NCBI RefSeq assembly: GCF_001194135.2 | Contig: NC_068983.1 | Coordinates: 15,202,042-15,243,411 of the forward strand | Origin: Octopus bimaculoides | Taxonomy: Eukaryota | Reading direction: 5' to 3' | DNA length: 41,370 nucleotides | Shown here: piece after piece, positions 12,352-24,449 of the stretch | Position numbering within the stretch: the stretch's first letter is position 1 | Layout: each line of letters starts with the position of its first letter | Position numbers and translations under genes: made by a program | Notes under the pieces: generated by a model | What the model was told of the DNA's origin: nothing | Databases searched by the model: none | What the model saw: only the letters and a program-made list of their open reading frames with translations

Positions 12352-12352
12352 G
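12317..12352. repeat. (GTT)n microsatellite, probably the tail of the adjacent reverse-oriented repeat (12365-12545)
   Basis: Direct tandem run next to TTTAGCCCCAGG. Confidence 0.9.
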
Positions 12353-12692
12353 ACAACGAAGCATTTTAGCCCCAGGATAAGTCCGATCCATCACATCTAA
12401 GATAAACTGCACTTCATCCACGACCATCACGTACTTTCCCTAACTACAGTAAAGTCACAATCCCATTATCATTGCGTTCCTTTTCTAAGACTATAGGATG
12501 TGAATTTTAGAATATTTAGCAACCATCTCTAGTATATCCAGCAACCACGTGAAGGCATTTTTGTTGGCTCTTGAAATATGGTGAAACATATTTTGGAGAT
12601 TTACAAAACATTTTAACACTTCCGTGGATATTAACATAAATAAATAATTCATTATTCTGCATAAAACAGAACATTTCGCAAAGGTTCCCTTG

Positions 12693-12989
12693 TTTACTCT
12701 TTACTCTTTTACTCTTTTACTTGTTTCAGTCATTTGACTGCGGCCATGCTGGAGCACCGCCTTTGGTCGAGCAAATCGACCCCAGGACTTATTCTTTGTA
12801 AGCCTAGTACTTATTTTATCGGTCTCTTTTTGCCGAACCGCTAAGTTACGGGGACGTAAACACACCAGCATCGGTTGTCAAGCGAAGTTGAGGGACAAAC
12901 ACAGACACACAAACATATACACACACATACATATATACGACGGGCTTCTTTCAGTTTCCGTCTACCAAACCCACTCACAAGGCTTTGGT
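12693..12989 (-). mobile_element. CORE-like tRNA-SINE, 5'-truncated
   Basis: Highly similar to the reverse complement of the 3' two-thirds of 19223-19652; (GTAAAAGA)n-type tail. Confidence 0.9.
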
Positions 12990-13229
12990 TATCTACACAC
13001 GTTTATTACCAGGCTTGAATTTATTCAATAAAGACACTTCATATTGTTTAAAACAGTGAGCTGAACATGTTATATAGTGCTCCGTTTATAGCTTGGTGAA
13101 GGGACTACTGAAAGTGCAATTAGCAGTGCTAATGACAGGACATACAATGCATTCTTCGTATAACCAAAGACCCCCACTTATTTATCCTCTTCTACTTTTA
13201 TAATGTAAGTAGACCGCGTTACTTTTCTG

Positions 13230-13821
13230 GGATCTTTTTTAAAACGGGGGCCACATTTTTCATTAATGTTTTACGTAGTGCTTTTGGTACCGAAAGACTT
13301 TCAAACTTCGTATACTTATCTATTTTGTGTTATAGAACAGAAAAATATTTTTGTATTCGAATTTATTTCATGTAAAAAATTGTCTTATTTCGATAATTTC
13401 AACCAATCACTGACGTCCATTCAGCCGATATACATTAAGTGCCGACTACATAAACAAACGATTCTTCGTTTTATTTGCTTTTTTCATTTTAAATTTGCTT
13501 TAACCCTAACCCTAACCCTAACCCTAACTCTAACCCTAGGGTTAGGGTTAGGGTTAGAGTTAGGGTTAGGGTTAGGGTTAATTGTTTCAGAATCGTTTGT
13601 TTATGTAGTCGGCACTTAATGTATATCGGCTGAATGGACGTCAGTGATTGGTTGAAATTACAGAAATACGACAACTTTAACATGGAATAATTTATGGATT
13701 TCTTTTTTTTTTTAAGAAAACTAAGAGAAAAAGATGTTTTATATGACACATTCTACCAATGATCCAAGTTTCAAAGTGTTTCGTTAATGAAAAAATGTGG
13801 CCCCCGTTTTAAAAAAGATCC
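13230..13821. mobile_element. 592-bp non-autonomous DNA transposon (Merlin-like MITE) with telomeric-repeat core
   Basis: TIR of about 37 bp, GGATCTTTTTTAAAACGGGGGCCACATTTTTCATTAA (13230-13266 vs 13784-13821, one indel); exact 8-bp TSD CTTTTCTG (13222-13229 and 13822-13829); perfect internal 72-bp inverted repeat. GG termini with an 8-9 bp TSD are Merlin/IS1016 hallmarks. Confidence 0.85.
13501..13580. repeat. Head-to-head interstitial telomeric repeat (TAACCC)6-TA-(GGGTTA)7
   Basis: Direct reading; one TAACTC variant on the left (13525-13530) and one GAGTTA variant on the right (13557-13562). Confidence 0.97.
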
Positions 13822-13867
13822 CTTTTCTGTGTTGTGTTTCATATTAGACATTCTTAGAAAATGTTAA

Positions 13868-14167
13868 TGTGGAAGCACAATGGCTCAGTGGTTAGGGCAG
13901 CGGACTCACGGTCGGATGATCACGGTTTCGATTCCCAGACCGGGCGTTGTGTATGTTTTTTGAGCGACAACACGTAAAGCTCCACGAGGCTCCGGCAGGG
14001 GGTGGTAGCCACCCCTGTTGTGCTCTTTCGCCCCAGCTTTCTCTCATTCTTTCTTCCTATTTCTTGAGTAAGGCTGCGATGGTCTGGCGTCCCTTCCAGC
14101 TGGGGGGAACACATAAGCCCGGGCACATGAACCTGGCTAGGCTTCAAAAGGGGCGCAAAAAAAAGAT
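13868..14167 (+). mobile_element. tRNA-derived SINE with the OR1-like head and body but an alternative 3' tail
   Basis: A-box TGGCTCAGTGG and B-box GGTTTCGATTCCC; matches the 10750 family up to TCTTCCT(A/G)TTTCT, then unrelated sequence and an A-rich end; candidate 8-bp TSD AATGTTAA (13860-13867 and 14168-14175). Confidence 0.88.
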
Positions 14168-16708
14168 AATGTTAACAGGGCCGTCTTTACTCTTTTCTTC
14201 TGGCTTAATAGAGAGAGAGAGAGAGATTTCCTTGAGGAGTAACCACCCGTACAACCATTCATTTCAGTTTCATAGCTATCGTTGGGTTTCTCAACAGTGA
14301 TAGTGGTGTATATTGTCCATAAACATAGCTTGTCTGAGACATTTACATAAACACCTCTGATTCCTTTCTAAATTACCACATAACATCTGGCAAAGTAATT
14401 CAGGTATGCTCATGGTATGTCCGCCCTATAACGTGAGGACAAGCAAGATTATGTATTTATCTAAATGTCTACATAGTTATACCTAGAATTACATTCTACA
14501 ACGCCTGGACCGGAAATGAAAAATTTTAAATGTAGATTTCAAATCAATGTGCCAAAATTACCTAGAAACACTTATGTTCCTGCAACAAAACTTTTGTAAT
14601 CGAAGACGTTTCAGTCGTGACCATCCACTTTTGATCTTATATCTAGTATATCTGAAATGACACTACTCAATGTATGGTTCGATATTTAAGACAGTATGGT
14701 GTAAATAGCAGCTGATATTCGTCTTTCATTCACAAACAATTGCTACATCTCTCAAGCCATTCCAAGACTCAGCAATCAATGTTAGACTCTACATTGTTAA
14801 TTAGGTTTAATGAGGCCTAAACATGTTCAGTATTGTCACTATTCTGCTAAAGATCAGACTGTCCCCGCCACTGCATTCCATGTTTTTATTAATTTTGCTG
14901 AATTAAAATCTAGAGACTGTCTCCCCCTATGCTTTGGATAGAATTATTCAATTAGATCATTTCTTGGTTTACTAATTCACGCACGCCAGCGTCCCACTTT
15001 GTTTACTTTTTCTAATCTACTTTTGTATTTTATTCTCTTGAACCGTCTTTTGATGGTCTATCTTTTTGATTTCATATCACACTGGAAATCAAACTAAAAA
15101 ACATCGGATGTACTTCACATGGAAAGTTAAAACTTTCGAGTGAATTTATCATAGTAAGTTTTGTATTTAAAGAAAATAACTATTTTTTAAAGTTTAGAAT
15201 ATGGGAAAAAATGTAAAAACAGTATCGTTTACCTTCTTTTGTTAACCATTTTTGTTTGTAACTTAACTGGGAACAACACGCCTTTGAAGTCGCTCAAGTA
15301 CAGGAACAACATCGATTTTCTGGAATCTTTGGTTCCCAAACCTTTCTGCATTACTCTTTTTTTTTTTAACCAGAGATGGTCGCCTTGGTCAACAACTATT
15401 AAATTTTATTTAAATAATTAAATGAAATACAAGTATGTGTACATTAGTATGAATTATCCAAGTTAATTAAAACTGTACTGTGCAAGGCACTAATTTGTGC
15501 AATGTAGCAGTAAACTAGTCTGGCGGCCGCAAGGATTTCAATTTCCTACAAGTAAATTATTGCGGGTTATAAGAATTTCCAGACCATCAGTATCCAGGAA
15601 GTCGGTGGTGTACCTATATTTGAATGAATCTTCTATAAAATGTTATATCTTTTAAAACTCCAGGGTACACATGTTCATCGCGACGGTGCATCGTTTGAGA
15701 ACTAGCTATCTTAAACATTATGTCTTATATTGATTTTATTAGCCAGTGATACTTCATTACAGTTACTACTGTTAATATGAACACTGCGTCTACAGTACAT
15801 CTTACCAGTTTAATGGTGGCTTCGATTTTATTTTTTTCTATATTTTACTTTTTTATGACAATTTCCTACTGCTGAAAAGTAAATATTTAGCAGACTCTTA
15901 ACACGAAATGTCGGATGTCTGCTTAAACAGCTATATCTTCTGTATTACCCAACAAAAACTCCTGTACATAGCAGAAACTAATATTTATTCACAAATACAC
16001 ACAGCTTGAACTGGAAGGTAACGTCAATGTATGTGAAAATAAGCCTTGAAATAGTGACTGCTGTAGTAATATTCCCAGGATATGTGCTCTTTTACATAAA
16101 GCGTTTCATGAATCCCAAAGTACATTTAATATTTATCTGCTGTAACCTGAGAAATCGTTCGTTGACTGATAGTTAATATCGTGCATCTAATTTATCATAA
16201 TATATTATATTCCCAAGTTATGTGTACTTTCTATCAAAGAATGTTTACATATTCCCAAACTGCATATAATATTTCAGTTTATCTGCTGATAGTTGTATTG
16301 CCTTTCTAATTTAATACCTTTCGTTCGTCGTTTTATTTATGCATACATACATGTATACGCGTGTGTGCGTGTGCGTGTACGTGCAGGATTATTATTGTTG
16401 TTGTTGTTTTTTTTATTAATATTGTGGTTGCTGTTGCTTTTATTATTATTATTAATATTATTTCTCGAAAATACATCAGAAAACGTCTTTAAGCAGGCAT
16501 CTACGAAAGTGCACTATAAACTTGGTTTAATGGTATTCAACTTAATATGTGTAAACTAATAGAAGAAAGCATTTCAGGGCATGATTATATATATATACAT
16601 GCATGCATATATATATATATATATATATTGTCTCTTTACTTTTGCATTACAATGGTGGAGGACTGCAGTCGGGGATGTTGTCACACAACCACAGTAATAC
16701 CAGAATTG

Positions 16709-16994
16709 TTGTTGTTGGCACTCCGTCGCTTACGACGACGAGGGTTCCAGTTGATCCGATCAACGGAACAGCCTGCTCGTGAAATTAACGTGCGAGTGGC
16801 TGAGCACTCCACAGACACGTGTACAGTTGTGGTGAAAGAGTACAACAGGGTTCGCCACCATCCCCTACCGGAGCCTCGTGGAGCTTTAGGTGTTTTCGCT
16901 CAATAAACACTCACAACGCCCGGTCTGGGAATCGAAACCGCGATCATATGACCACGAGTCCGCTGCCCTAACCACTGGGCCATTGCGCCTCCAC
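16709..16994 (-). mobile_element. OR1-like SINE with a 100-bp internal deletion
   Basis: Matches 10750-11146 except that it lacks the equivalent of 10877-10976; candidate TSD GAATTG (16703-16708 and 16995-17000). Confidence 0.92.
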
Positions 16995-17739
16995 GAATTG
17001 GCAATGAGAGAATCATTAAATAAACATTCAAGAATTTATACTGGATTGCTTAGAAAAAATGCAGTTATTTAGAATACTGTTGTATTTCGGAGAAGTCATA
17101 TCAATAATGCCTATAAATACATTCACCAATTGTTGTTTGCCTGTATTTCTTCCTGTTTCCCCCCAAAAATAATTCTTATTCATCTATGTTTCTATAAAAC
17201 TATGTCATCAGCTCGTATGCTTTGCCATAAAGTTGAAACATAACAGAGCAAAATCATCTGAAAATCTAAAACATTTAAAAATATATACCCATTAAGAAGG
17301 CCAAAGGCTTAGTGTGGTGAAAACTTCGAGGGGGGGGGGGAAATATAACACAGGGTTTCAGATCAAAATTCTTGTAATACATAATTCAAAATCAAAAAAT
17401 TGGAGAAGCTAAGAAGAAACGAAAGAAAAACATTGTATTTTGCTGTGTGAAAAAAAACAAAAAAACAAATAACAACTCAACAATTGTTCTTCATAGAAAC
17501 CTGCTTCTCTCCTAAACTATATATTTGCTCCATCAATTCAACAGTAAGATAGCTCAATCTCGCAAAACATCAAGCTGGTATGTTAAGATATATAATACTT
17601 CGAAATACAAAAAAAAATATCTATAATGAGAAAAGAAAAGGTATCCTACACAAATCCTGCTCCATGGAATAAAATAATAATAGAAAATATCTTTATTCAA
17701 AAATACAAACCACGACTCAACATACTCTAACATCTCAAA

Positions 17740-18776
17740 AAATATACTTGGACTGCCGACACATAAACACAGTACCCCTACCCCCCAGGAACACACATCC
17801 ACAACAAACACACACACACATACACTCACGCGCGCACAAATACAATAACCCACTCTCGAGCAAAAACACACACACACGTTCCAAGAAAAAACACACACAT
17901 ACACATGCAATACGATTCTAGCAATCACAAAGGGACTCACAGACACAAACACATATGTACACGTACATAAACGCGTACACTCACACACTTACACACACCG
18001 CCCTAACAATTACAAAACACACTCACACATACACACACACAAACACACCCACACATACACACACACAAACACAATATGCCCATTCCCCAGTAAAAACACA
18101 CACACACACACTCAAAGAAAAAACACACCCACATATACACACGCAATACAATCACAACAGACACATACACATACACACATACACACACACACACACAAGC
18201 ACGTACACGCACACAATAACACACACCACCCTGACAAATACAGGAGACACTCACACACATACACACCCACACATACACACACACACACACACAAACGCAT
18301 ACGCAGTACAAATACACACAGTACGTACACACACACACACACACACAAACGCACACATATACACACCACGCTAATAAGCGTAACACACACACGAACAAAC
18401 ACACAGCCCCTGGCAAATACAACACATTCATACACACACACACACATACATATGCACCCACACACATCCATTCGTATGTACACTCACACACACACACACA
18501 ACCCGAACAATTATAACACTACAAACATATACAGTCACACATATATATTCACGTGCACACACACACTACCCCGACCAACACAAAACACACAAACACACAC
18601 ACGCACACACACACACACAGACGTACACATACACACACACGAACAAACACATATACACGCATATGCACACAGGCGCGCACACAGCACCCTGACAAATACA
18701 AATCACACACATACACACACACACACACACACACGCACACATTTACACACACCACCCGGTTAAATATAAAACACTC
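17740..18776. repeat. Degenerate CA-rich tandem array with a recurring CCCTGACAAATACA-like motif
   Basis: (CA)n matrix with motif variants near 18000, 18228, 18408, 18568 and 18688; runs into a gap. Confidence 0.85.
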
Positions 18777-19222
18777 NNNNNNNNNNNNNNNNNNNNNNNN
18801 NNNNNNNNNNNNNNNNNNNNNNNNNNNNNNNNNNNNNNNNNNNNNNNNNNNNNNNNNNNNNNNNNNNNNNNNNNNNNNNNNNNNNNNNNNNNNNNNNNNN
18901 NNNNNNNNNNNNNNNNNNNNNNNNNNNNNNNNNNNNNNNNNNNNNNNNNNNNNNNNNNNNNNNNNNNNNNNNNNNNNNNNNNNNNNNNNNNNNNNNNNNN
19001 NNNNNNNNNNNNNNNNNNNNNNNNNNNNNNNNNNNNNNNNNNNNNNNNNNNNNNNNNNNNNNNNNNNNNNNNNNNNNNNNNNNNNNNNNNNNNNNNNNNN
19101 NNNNNNNNNNNNNNNNNNNNNNNNNNNNNNNNNNNNNNNNNNNNNNNNNNNNNNNNNNNNNNNNNNNNNNNNNNNNNNNNNNTATATGCTTATAAACAAT
19201 TATGATTTCTGATGAACTTATA

Positions 19223-19396
19223 AGGCGCAGGAGTGGCTGTGTGGTAAGTAGCTTGCTTACCAACCACATGGTTCTGGGTTCATTCCCATTGCGTGGCACC
19301 TTGGGCAAGTGTCTTCTACTATAGCCTCGGGCCGACCAAAGCCTTGTGAGTGGATTTGGTAGACGGAAACTGAAAGAAGCCTGTCGTATATATGTT

Positions 19397-19437
<41 letters not shown>

Positions 19438-19652
19438 ATGTTTGTGTCTGTGTTTATCCGCCAAACATCGCTTGACAACCAATGGTGGTGTGTTTACGTC
19501 CCCGTAACTTAGCGGTTCGGCAAAAGAGACCGATAGAATAAGTACTAGGCTTACACAGAATAAGTCCAGGGGTCGATTTGCTCGACTAAAAGGCGGTGCT
19601 CCAGCATGGCCGCAGTCAATGACTGAAACAAGTAAAAGAGTAAAAGAGAGAG
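19223..19652 (+). mobile_element. Full-length CORE-like tRNA-SINE (octopus OR2-like, name from memory)
   Basis: A-box TGGCTGTGTGG and B-box GGTTCATTCCC, then GGCACCTTGGGCAAGTGTCTTC (resembles the CORE domain CCTTGGGCAAGT), an internal (TA)n(TG)n tract and a tandem GTAAAAGA tail; second full copy at 32735-33150. Confidence 0.92.
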
Positions 19653-19919
19653 TTATAAACAATTGTGAACTTATTTCATTGCCTATTTTGAACACTTTAT
19701 ATAAACTGTTTAAACACAAAGCCTCTCTTAACATTTTCTTATCATTGTCAAAGACTCTATCACTATATTTTAATACATCTGTGTTAACTAATGTTTAACA
19801 CCACGAAGGCTACACAAAGCCTTGCACTTTACTTTTGAAAATCCTTTTCTAAAAAAAGTGAAACCGGTTAAGTCAATAAACATCTTTAAAAGACCTCTGC
19901 ATTTTCAAATCCTCTTCCC

Positions 19920-19972
<53 letters not shown>

Positions 19973-19984
19973 TTGTGCCTATGT

Positions 19985-20192
19985 TTTCCCTGGTCTTACT
20001 CACCACTTAACAGCCGGGGTTGATTTCTCCCGTCGTTGTCAAGCGTTGAGTGGGAGGGCAACAAACTTAGCAGCTCGGCAAAAGACACCGACAGAATATG
20101 AACCAGACTTAGAAAATAAGAACTGGGGTGGCCTTAAAAAGCGTTATGCCTGCATGGCTGCAATCCAATGAGTGAAACAAAAAATAAAAGAT
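19985..20192 (+). mobile_element. Degraded 3' half of a CORE-like SINE
   Basis: AACTTAGCAGCTCGGCAAAAGACACCGACAGAATA..CATGGCTGCAATCCAATGAGTGAAACAA matches the family tail. Confidence 0.75.
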
Positions 20193-20673
20193 ACACATAA
20201 AAATATAGCATTAAACTTATATTTCAGACCTCTTCATGCGCGCTCTAATTTCAAACTCTATACTGTGAAAACGATAAAACTCGATCCCATAAATCTATAT
20301 TCTTGGAATAACTTTTTGTCTTAGTAACTATAAGTTCATGTTCGACTGAGAAAAATGAAAGGAGAAAAATATTCGACATAGTTATAAAAGTCAACAACAA
20401 TAAAAAAAAAATATGTAACATTGATAATCTATTTGAATCAGATTTTGTAACTAATCAACAAATAAATGTAACAAAACATTTGTAAAGCTGCAAAGACAAA
20501 AAAATTTATCTGATAAAAGTTTATGTATATGTATATATATATATATGTGCGTATGTAAGTGTGTGTGTGTGCAAATATTATATAAGTGTGTGCGTGGGTG
20601 TGGGTGCGTGTGCAAACATCTATATATGCGTGTGTGTGTATGTATGTCTCCATATATAATTTTATATATATAC

Positions 20674-20710
<37 letters not shown>

Positions 20711-22579
20711 CACACACACACATATATATATATATATACATATATATATGTGTATATATATATATATATANNNNNNNNNNNNNNNNNNNNNNNNNNNNNN
20801 NNNNNNNNNNNNNNNNNNNNNNNNNNNNNNNNNNNNNNNNNNNNNNNNNNNNNNNNNNNNNNNNNNNNNNNNNNNNNNNNNNNNNNNNNNNNNNNNNNNN
20901 NNNNNNNNNNNNNNNNNNNNNNNNNNNNNNNNNNNNNNNNNNNNNNNNNNNNNNNNNNNNNNNNNNNNNNNNNNNNNNNNNNNNNNNNNNNNNNNNNNNN
21001 NNNNNNNNNNNNNNNNNNNNNNNNNNNNNNNNNNNNNNNNNNNNNNNNNNNNNNNNNNNNNNNNNNNNGAGCATTACAGAACCGGTTTCGATCCTTGACA
21101 TCTTTTCAACAGTAAATATGAATAATAAATTTTTGAAAAATTATTGAAAAATTAAATTTTGGTAAATTTAAAAGAAAAGGTTTTTTAAAGACATATTTGT
21201 ATAGTATTCAAGTAACAGGGGCATTTTTCTTGTTTCTGCTTGTCTCTGTTTCACTTGTTAACTCTTGTGGGTTCGAAGAAGGAGTGGATCTAGGTTAGAA
21301 ACCGATTCTTTCTCTATTTGAAAGAAATCTTGAAATAAACTGAATAATGATATACATAAACACATACATGCATACATATGCCAGACTTTTCTCAAGTACA
21401 AAATGTCAATTTGCTTTGATCTGCATTCCACCTACGTGTGTGTGTGCGCGCGCGTATGTGTGAGTGTGTTCGTGCATGAGTATGTGCGCGCGCGTGTGTG
21501 CGTGTATCTGTACGTGTGTACGGGTATGTGTGTGAGCACGCACGCGTGCGTTTTGGCAGAGGTAAGTCGTCAAACAAAAATTCATTTCGACTCTGCCTTC
21601 TAAGTTCAACTACCTTCAAGATAAAGTTTCTCTTTTATCGTTGAGGGATCGATAAATAATCTACCAGTCCAGCATTAGAATCGATTCTTTTCTCTCACTC
21701 CTTTTTATCTTTGGAAGAAATCATTCAGAGACGATAGGTTTCATCAGGTTTTAAATGCCCAAAATCATGTAGTGTATTATGAAGACTTTTCTATGACCCG
21801 ATTAAGTGTTAATCTCCCTTTTCGAACATATACATATATATATATATATANNNNNNNNNNNNNNNNNNNNNNNNNNNNNNNNNNNNNNNNNNNNNNNNNN
21901 NNNNNNNNNNNNNNNNNNNNNNNNNNNNNNNNNNNNNNNNNNNNNNNNNNNNNNNNNNNNNNNNNNNNNNNNNNNNNNNNNNNNNNNNNNNNNNNNNNNN
22001 NNNNNNNNNNNNNNNNNNNNNNNNNNNNNNNNNNNNNNNNNNNNNNNNNNNNNNNNNNNNNNNNNNNNNNNNNNNNNNNNNNNNNNNNNNNNNNNNNNNN
22101 NNNNNNNNNNNNNNNNNNNNNNNNNNNNNNNNNNNNNNNNNNNNNNNNNNNNNNNNNNNNNNNNNNNNNNNNNNNNNNNNNNNNNNNNNNNNNNNNNNNN
22201 NNNNNNNNNNNNNNNNNNNNNNNNNNNNNNNNNNNNNNNNNNNNNNNNNNNNNNNNNNNNNNNNNNNNNNNNNNNNNNNNNNNNNNNNNNNNNNNNNNNN
22301 NNNNNNNNNNNNNNNNNNNNNNNNNNNNNNNNNNNNNNNNNNNNNNNNNNNNNNNNNNNNNNNNNNNNNNNNNNNNNNNNNNNNNNCCAACACCACCACA
22401 CCACACACCACCACACCACGCCACCACACACCACCATACCACACACACCCATATCACACCACATCACACCACCCCACACACACTAGCACTGACCACTTCC
22501 CAGCACCCACATCATCATCCACACACGTACACGTCAAGGTCACCAGCCCCCTTCACACGCACATACACGCTCTCACATA

Positions 22580-22790
22580 CACATGTACGCGCACCTTCGT
22601 TTTGGGATCACCACAACTTTATTATTTCCCCTTCTTCCTAGCTCTCCTGTGTGATCCATCTGTCCGGCATTCGCCATGATAGATCGCAAGCCACTAAACC
22701 TTTTGCTATTTTCTCTCCCTGTTTATTTCTATGTTCCTTTCTGTTGAAGAGCGTAGGCTCGAAACGTAAAAGACTTTCTCACTTCACGTG
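22580..22790 (+). mobile_element. Penelope-like element terminal fragment
   Basis: Shares GATAGATCGC.A.CCACTA..CTTTCTGTTGAAGAGCGTAGGCTCGAAACGT.AAAGACTTT with 39690-39870. The ..GAAG..CTCGAAACGT signature is typical of PLE termini (from memory). Confidence 0.6.
22737..22772 (+). ncRNA. Minimal type I hammerhead-ribozyme-like motif (variant core), copy 1
   Basis: CUUU / CUGUUGA / A / GAGC-GUAG-GCUC / GAA / ACGU / A / AAAG. Stems I and II form; stem III is the palindrome ACGU; A6 is replaced by U. Confidence 0.45.
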
Positions 22791-22822
22791 TGTATGATTA
22801 TGCACACACAGACACAGACACA

Positions 22823-22864
<42 letters not shown>

Positions 22865-22907
22865 GTTCATCATGTACATATCAAAATGTAATATGTATGT
22901 ACTCAAT

Positions 22908-23123
22908 AAGGCTGGGAGCTGGCAGAATCGTTGGCACACCGGACAAAATGCTTAGCGTCATTTCGTCCGTCTTTACGTTCCGATTTCAAATTCTGCCGAG
23001 GTCGACTTTGCTTTTCATCCTATCGGGGTCCATAAAACAAGTACCAGTTGAGTACTGGGGTCGATGTATTCGACTTCTTCCCTCCCTCAGAATTGCTGGC
23101 CTTGTGCCAAAATTTGAAATCAA
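22908..23123 (+). mobile_element. Meta/MESC-like tRNA-SINE (CCTTGTGCCAAAATTTGAAA-tailed subfamily)
   Basis: Head AAGGCTGGGAGCTGGCAGAATCGTT; central CCGAGGTCGACTTTGCTTTTCATCC..GGGGTC..AAGTACCAG domain. Confidence 0.9.
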
Positions 23124-23171
23124 TGTTTATACATTTAATCTTGGATGTAGCCGATTTTGTAACAGACAAGG

Positions 23172-23460
23172 GGTAAAGACCCACCACCCTGCCACCACCA
23201 TCGGTCATGAATGACCATGGGATTGTGCCTAGAAACTTCCCCTCCGAGACGGAAGTCCGGAGAAGGTCGTTTATGGATGACAAGCAGCCGCTCATGCATA
23301 CCAGCCTCCCCCTCTCCACGTCACCGATGTTATGCAAGGGAAAGGCAAAGGGTGATATAGCTTGACACCAGTGACGTCGCACAGCCCGGTCCAGGAATCG
23401 AACTCATTACCTCATGGTTTGTAAGCTCGACGCTCCAACCACTAAGCCATGCGCCTTCAC
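23172..23460 (-). mobile_element. tRNA-derived SINE of a further family
   Basis: Minus-strand head GTGAAGGCGCATGGCTTAGTGGTTGGAGCGTCGAGC..GAGTTCGATTCCTGGACCGGGC has A and B boxes and is followed by a distinct GC-richer tail. Confidence 0.75.
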
Positions 23461-23470
23461 AAAATAATGA

Positions 23471-23654
23471 TTTCTTTATTGCCTACAGGGGGCTAAACAT
23501 AGAGGGGACAAACAAGGACAGACAAAGGAATTAAGTCGATTACATCAACCCCAATGCGTAACTGGTACTTATTTAATCGACCCCCCAAACGAGGAAGGGC
23601 AAAGTCGACCTCGGCGGATTTCGAACTCAGAACGTAACGGCAGACGAAATACCG
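23471..23654 (-). mobile_element. Meta/MESC-like SINE, 5'-truncated (GGGCAATAAAGAAAT-tailed subfamily)
   Basis: Reverse complement aligns to 24450-24681. Confidence 0.9.
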
Positions 23655-24127
23655 GAAGAAAATCACCGAAGTAGAGTCGCTTATATATTTGTGGCAACGC
23701 AAAGCAAAACACGATGTATACTAAATAAATTCGAAGTGTAGTAAGTTTCAAACGAGAACTCTTCGGGGTAGAATTTCTTTTCACAACAGCAATCAATAAT
23801 TTCGAACATGAAATCCTCGTCACGGAATAGTAGTCATGTCAGAAAATATTCGTACAATTCATCGATAATGTATTTGTGCAATGTCTATGGAGAGTACTCA
23901 ACAGATCTTATATAAGTTTTGATCAATGATATATGTATATAAAAATATAAATATAAACATGTAATGTAAATGAAATGAACAGAAAATAAAGGAAGGCGTA
24001 CATATCACAGCAAAACATATATATTTCCAACTCTGACAAAGCTATACTTCGGTTAGTTGAACGTATATAAAATAGCACACGTTTAGAGTTTCTATTCTGT
24101 GATGTAATCTATAAGTTCGAAATTATT

Positions 24128-24335
24128 GGTTTCAAATTTTGGCACCAGGCCAGCAATTTCATGGGATGAGGTCAATCGATTAGATCGAACCAGTGCTCAA
24201 CTAGCATTTATTTTATCGCCCACATCCCCGAAATGATGAAAGGCAAAGTCGACCCCGGCAGCATTTGAACTTAGAATGTAACGTCGGAAGCATATTTTGT
24301 CCGGCGCAGTAACGATTGTACTAAGCTGCCGCCTT
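24128..24335 (-). mobile_element. Meta/MESC-like SINE
   Basis: GAAAGGCAAAGTCGACCCCGGCAGCATTTGAAC core and the head end ..GCTGCCGCCTT. Confidence 0.85.
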
Positions 24336-24449
24336 AAAACATGAAATTATGGAACGCTGTACAGAAGAAACTTTACGACATTTTTATTTTGCTTTGGTTT
24401 TCTTGTTGCTGGTGATACAATTCCACTTAAAGAAAATGTGTTCACAATA

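Noticed and set aside
13501-13580. Ancestral chromosome end-to-end fusion site
   Set aside because: The short telomeric core sits inside a TIR- and TSD-bounded element, so transposition explains it better than a fusion scar.
13868-13950. tRNA gene (also at 11070-11146, 16920-16994, 19223-19300, 23385-23460, 32735-32810, 40590-40665)
   Set aside because: A and B boxes are present, but there is no proper cloverleaf or poly-T terminator, and each continues into a SINE body.
15510-15720. hAT-MITE-like GCGGCCGCA / TTTGAGAAC motifs (similar at 35830-35940)
   Set aside because: Only short motifs; I could not pair TIRs or find an 8-bp TSD.
13947-16906. ORFs of 117-119 aa at 13947-14300 and 16547-16906 (also 19396-19734, 22897-23214, 32769-33131)
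   Set aside because: They lie largely within SINE copies and are incidental open frames.
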